Source: Podarcis cretensis (taxonomy: Eukaryota). Taken from it: DNA of 64,000 bases. Below the pieces are notes generated by a model, which made no database searches, was not told the DNA's origin, and worked only from the letters and a program-made list of their open reading frames with translations. The position numbers and the translations under genes were made by a program. Location of the stretch: contig OX638161.1 in NCBI GenBank assembly GCA_951804945.1, forward strand, positions 48,422,001-48,486,000. The letters run 5' to 3'. This document shows, one piece after another, positions 58,675-64,000 of the stretch; position 1 is the first letter of the stretch; each line of letters opens with the position of its first letter.

Positions 58675-60254
58675 ATGGAGGCAGGCAGAATTCCTCTTCG
58701 AAAGGAAACTTAACACATTAAAAATCCTGACCTTTTCTCCCATTCAAAAGATCATCTTTCCTCAATAAGCTACCTATACAAATTATACCTATACAAATTA
58801 TAAATTTATGCGTGCATGGTGTACTTAAACTGGGTGACCTCGGCCCTCTCAGTCATGGGGACAAAGCAGTGTCCTTGGTCGCAAATATGTATTTTGTGCA
58901 ATATTGAATATTTGTTATTTGTTCCACAGAACTAAATACAAGCCTTCATCACTAACCACTCCTTTCTTGAGCAGCTGACAGGGAAATTCCCTTTCCACAT
59001 GGGGTCTCTTTATCCCTAAGAGAAACTACTTAGGGGAGGGGGAAGGATTTTTCTTGATTCTGTGAGGTTTCCTTACATAACAATGTATGTATGTATGTAT
59101 GTATGTATGTATGTTCCATATATAATAGTGATGGTAGATAAATGAACAACAAAAACAATTATGGTAATAAAGGTTCATATGGTCAATGCTTCCATGTTTG
59201 ACATGCTCTTCAAACCATCTTTGCAGATAGGCAATAAATCCAGCTTGATAAATCCACTGTCCTTGGCATGCGGACAGAAGCACTGCTGAGAGGTTTGAAG
59301 GTCATACATGCATTTCAGACCATGATGGCTCAAGCACAAGAAACAGGATTGAGATCCCTGTCTGAACTTCCAGGGGTGGCTCCAGCTTCATGTCTTGCAT
59401 TGAAGGAAGGGCTGAGCTGAGCTATCCAAGCATGGATGAAGCCCCCACCACCCAAGCCGGCATGCAGATTCCAAGAGGAGATGCAGAAGAAGGATCCTAT
59501 GTCCCCATCCCTCTCCTCCTTCCCCTGGTGAATAATTGGTTTCTTTTCTCTGAATGGCCAATGATCAGGGATGACATGACACTGCAGAGAATGTGTGGTG
59601 TAGTGGTTAGAATGATGGACTAGGGTCTAGGTGACCTGAGTGCCAATCAGCCGTGAAGGTCATTGAGGTTTAAGCAGTACTGAGGCAGCTTTCCTACCAC
59701 TTCCATTAGGTGCCACCCAAGGCAGAGGTGGGCTGGCTCTTTGGACCAGAAAACTTATGCAGAGAAGGGTTTAGGCAGTCTTAGAGGGATCTCATGTTCC
59801 TGTGAAAATTATGAGTGTGTTCAACTTTATCAGCTGAAACACAGGCCGGATAGAAGAGCCTTATCCTTCAATTCATTCAGAGTGGACCTTTGACTGAGAT
59901 CCTTCTAAGTGATCTCATAAAGCCCCCTTTTTGGTGAAACCTTGATATCAAATTGGCTGGACTACTCTTTTGAAGTAAGGACACAGTTAACATTAGAAAA
60001 TATATAGCTTAGGAAATGGTTCAGAAAGCAAAGCAGATATCCAAAGCATGATTTCTTGAAAAATATGTTCTCACAGGATCTCACAGTCTCTTTATATATC
60101 ATAGGTTACCATTGGAAGGACAAATGCAAATCACTCAGGAAGGCTGGAGGTGGTCTTGAGGAACCTTCTGCCCCCTCAATATAAACTCCTGAATTTGTCC
60201 CAGGTCCAAGTCCTCCTTTTTCCCGCCTCACTGGGACACTTCTTTGTTAAAACC

Positions 60255-60729
60255 ATGAAGTTCCCGCTGTTCTTGTTTTCTTTGGTGGCCTTTCAAAAAT
60301 GTAAGTGTATATTCTATGGTAAGTTCAAAAATATAGGTTGATTTCATGCAGTGATTAGATGATGTTCATTAGATGATGCTCAATTACATTCATTATAGTT
60401 CTCTCTTTTCAAGGGGTCCTTTCCGATGTTCAGCTTGTTTCTTCTGGGCCAAGAACAGTGAGACCTGGAGAGAACCTCAGTCTGCTCTGTAAAGTTACTG
60501 CTGTCTCCATCACTGATAGACGTTATGCTTGGAACTGGATCCGTCAGCCTGCTGGCAAAGGTCTAAAGTGGGTTGCAAGAATATTCCCCTTTGATGGGAC
60601 AAAATGGTTTGCTGCTTCTCTTCAGAGCCGTGTAACAATTTCTTCAGACAACTCCAGGAACGAGTTCTCCCTCCAACTGAACTCCCTGACAGCTGCCGAC
60701 TCAGCCATGTATTTTTGTGCTCGAGATAG
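60255..60729 (+). CDS. IGHV: IGHV segment VH13 (paralog of VH9), intact
   Basis: Octamer 60124-60131, leader 60255-60300, V exon 60414-60729; RSS CACAGTG-23-ACAAAAAGA 60730-60768. Confidence 0.93.
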
Positions 60730-61649
60730 CACAGTGACACACGACAATTTGGACTCTGAACAAAAAGAAGAAACTGATTCTGAATGCAGAAAGTTGGTTC
60801 TATTCAATCTCAATGCATAAATTACTTTGCAAACGCAATGCAAAAGAATTCAATGAGAAAATTAAAGAAGTACTGAGGCATTTTTTAGGTAAAGGTTTTC
60901 ATGTTCTTTTCTGTATTTAGGCAGGTAATCATGATGGTGGACTCGATTCCCGTGTCAGTCTATTCCAGCTATATGTTTCTGTGCATCCAGCCAATTATCA
61001 TGGTTTTGCTTCCTTAGCAAATATGAAAATGTATGAGATGCTTCCATGCTGGAACCTATCATTTCTGTGAAAGATAGTTCATTCTATTCCATCACAATAA
61101 ATAAATAAATTTGCAAGCCCAATGGAAATTAAGAATTCAATGCAAACAATGAGCAAAAACATTCACTGGGGAAAGGTTCTCGTGTTCCCCTATGCATGTA
61201 TGAAGCTAAACATCAACTGGTATGATGGATTAGTTTCCGTACAGTTATGGGAGAAGTAATATTCTCTTCAGGTGTCAATGCTGTGAGCCCCTCCATCACA
61301 GGCTCAGGTTGTATATATGTTTAAATAAACCATATATCATAAAGACAACATAACCTCTGTAGTGCCTCAATTCCCAAAGGAAATATGGACCCTGTGTGAG
61401 TGCCTGGAACCCTTGAAATCTTGCACCACTCAGAGATTGGGGTGCTGTGTAACAGTATTTTGGTCATCTCTGAATGACTTTACAAAACAACAATTCAAAG
61501 TGTGAAAACAATCCAGGGAGCCCTTTGCTGCTGGTTTGATAAGGAATGCAGAGATCTCAAAGCACACATCCGGAATATCTCCTGACAACACTGTAAGGAA
61601 GAGGCTGCCGCCCTACCCCTAGAATATTTCAGAACTAAAAACTTACTGT

Positions 61650-63220
61650 AGCATCTTATAAAAAAGAGAGAGATCCAAACCTACCAACAAACAATAGGAA
61701 CAACTCCACTATGCCATAACCTCAAAGAAAAAAATCCTGGTCCTTGGTTTCTGGGGCATTTAACACCAATGACCTCTCTTCTCCACCTATTTCGCCAAGT
61801 GGTTAGTTCCTTTGCTTTTCAAGTGCCTTGCAGGAAGATCTTTCCAGTGGGACAGCTTTTCATCATTCTATGCAAATCGATGCCCCCGAGTGGCCTCTAG
61901 TTTCATGAGATGAAATAAAAATGTTAATAGATGTTAAACTAGACCCTGATTGCTGGGCTTTTTTGCTGCCCAACCTATTCACAAAGGTAGATATGTCTGG
62001 ACTTATGCCACACACAGGCATGGACAAGTGCAATCATCGTTCCAATGTACAAAAAGGGAGAGTGCACATTACCATCCAACTACAGACCAATAAGCCTCCT
62101 CTCCATATTGGGGAAGCTATATGCTAAACAACTTCTGGGAAAGCTTACCCAGTGGATGTCCCAATTTGCGTTACCAGGCCTTGAGCAGGTGGGCTTTTTC
62201 CAGGGCAAAACCACCTTGCATCATTGTGTCATACTTTCCCACCTAGTGAATAAATACTCTAGTGTTCTTAATCAAAAACTTTGTACAGCGTTTCTGGACC
62301 TAAAAGGAGTCTTTGACTCAATCCTGAGGGAGCTGCTCTGGAACAAACTGTCCATATTGAACATCAATGAAAGGTTACTCTTTCTCATCTGAAAAGTATA
62401 CACCTCAATGTTCTGTCAGGTGAGATGCTCCCAATAAGGCAGGCTCACCCCCGAAAATCATTGCCAACAAAGGCAAATTACTCCTCTTCTTCTCTATGGA
62501 CATTTAGCTGGGGAAGAATCATGAATTAAGAGTTCAGAGAAAAGGAGGTTATTATATGAAGCACATACAAATCAGCTGAATCACTTCACTGCCTTAAAAG
62601 CTGCCCTTTCCAATTCAGCCAGCTAAGACTGAGCCAGTCAAGAAGGTGATCCAAGCAAACATGATTCTTTGGTTAAACCTCCTGCTCTTCTTGACAGCTC
62701 TCCCAGGTAATCTTTCTCTCACTGGAAATCCTGGGCTCACCACCCAAATCATTGGCTCACCACCCAAATCATTGCCAACAAAGGGGCAAAACAGGATTGC
62801 ATCTTAGCCCTGAATTTATTCAACCTTTTCATAAATGACCTTGCACCCTGTTTACACAGGGTGGATGGCCATTGGCTGAAGCTCAGCTCCATCCACCTTT
62901 TCTCTTACTATATGCTGACGACACAGTCATCTTGTCTTGCAAAAGGGTTGGTTGGCTTGAAGTGGCTCCTGTGCTGCTGCCAGGAATATCGTATAGCCAA
63001 TATTGTTTTCTCAAGCTCTTGGAAGCCTCATAGATGGCAAACCAGTGGAAACCAGTTGGAATAGGTTAAAAACTTTAAATACCTAGGCATCTGCCTCCAA
63101 TATAACACTTCCTGAAAATACAATTGTAACCTTGCACCTAACGGAGCGGATACTCTAACTCTGGCTATCACCCGTTTCTTCTTTAACAGAGGGAATCTGT
63201 TTGTCCCAGCTGCACTACAG
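61650..63220 (+). mobile_element. Degenerate RTE-X-like LINE RT fragment (longer copy of 51300-52230)
   Basis: NYRPISLLSILGKLY, AFLDLKGVFDS, KQDCILAPxLFNLFINDL-like and YADD motifs. Confidence 0.75.
62661..62706 (+). pseudogene. Orphan IGHV leader exon inserted inside the LINE fragment
   Basis: MILWLNLLLFLTALP followed by GT; flanked on both sides by LINE sequence. Confidence 0.83.
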
Positions 63221-63349
63221 GTTTGTTTGCAATATTTTATTTGTCCTCATGAAACGTTTTCAGCATCTTGGTGCAATTTTTCTCCAATATATACATTTAT
63301 GTATGCAATTTAACCTAAATGCAAAGTGTTCCCCCTTAAAATAATGTGT

Positions 63350-63381
<32 letters not shown>

Positions 63382-63924
63382 CATTATGACACAAGCTATC
63401 CCCAGATAAATGCATTTCTGGATATATCAGAGGATGGGGGGGGGGGGGCTTAGAGCCATAGGACTTTTTCTGTTGGTGGTGCTTGTGAGGCTACACGTAT
63501 TTGATGTATGTGATAGTGTCTCCTCAACATTGGTTTAACCCCTGGGTCAATCATCCAGCAGTCAGGCCAGATCTTATTGGTTGAAACCCAATGCCTTTGC
63601 CAAACCTCTTACACTTGCATTCAATAAGGTTGTTGCCTAATTTGAACCATACAGTGTCATCTTGAGTGGTCTTTTGGTCAGCGGTGACCTCCAGGGCTAT
63701 GGGGACACAGCACCTCTACATGCAAATTGCTCCTCTTCTCCTCTGTGGCCCTTTAGCTGGGGAAAAATTGTGAATTAAGAGTTCAGAGGAAAGGAGGTTA
63801 TTATATGAAGCACATGCAAATCAGTTGAACCACTTCACGGCCTTAAAAGCTGCCCTTTCCAATTCAGTACTGAAACTTCCAGCCAGCTAAGACTGAGCCA
63901 GTCAAGAAGGTGATCCAAACAAAC

Positions 63925-63970
63925 ATGATTCTTTGGTTAAACCTCCTTCTCTTCTTGACAGCTCTCCCAG
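63925..63970 (+). CDS. IGHV: IGHV leader exon; its V exon, if any, lies beyond the window end
   Basis: Same leader family; octamers 63720-63727 and 63814-63821. Confidence 0.7.
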
Positions 63971-64000
63971 GTAATATTTCTCTCACTGGAAACTCTGGGA

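Larger units (their letters stand above)
58215..64000 (+). repeat. Segmental duplication of ~45805-52960
   Basis: Collinear homology: VH8 promoter, spacer, VH9/VH13, LINE fragment, dual-octamer promoter and leader. Confidence 0.88.

Noticed and set aside
1-64000. D, J or constant segments, CRISPR arrays, rRNA/tRNA genes
   Set aside because: No 12-spacer RSS-flanked D, WGxG J or C exons were recognised. The repeats are eukaryotic duplications and microsatellites, and tRNA-like boxes belong to SINEs.

Overview
Vertebrate genomic DNA, most likely a squamate reptile. The BovB LINE and Sauria-type SINEs point to a lizard, possibly a lacertid (inference). The window is part of an immunoglobulin heavy-chain variable (IGHV) array. 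It holds 16 VH segments or relics, all on the + strand and each with a 3' RSS. About 7 look intact; the rest are pseudogenes or fragments. There are also two orphan leader exons and one leader whose V exon would lie past the window end. At about 15.6-38.5 kb the array is interrupted by a vomeronasal type-2 receptor (V2R, class C GPCR) island: two intact 6-exon genes arranged head-to-head, plus an orphan exon-1 copy. A very young, full-length Ty3/Gypsy chromovirus (Tf1/sushi-like, 6445-11954, LTRs identical by eye) has inserted exactly at the octamer of a VH promoter. This element shows a self-priming primer-binding site, a -1 frameshift pseudoknot with a non-canonical slip site, and a degenerate chromodomain. 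Its integrase tail carries two tandem acidic FxGF motifs resembling the LEDGF/TFIIS-N-domain interaction motifs (IBM/TIM), which suggests a possibly undescribed host-tethering route for integration. All coordinates were read by eye; edges of repeats and duplications are approximate.
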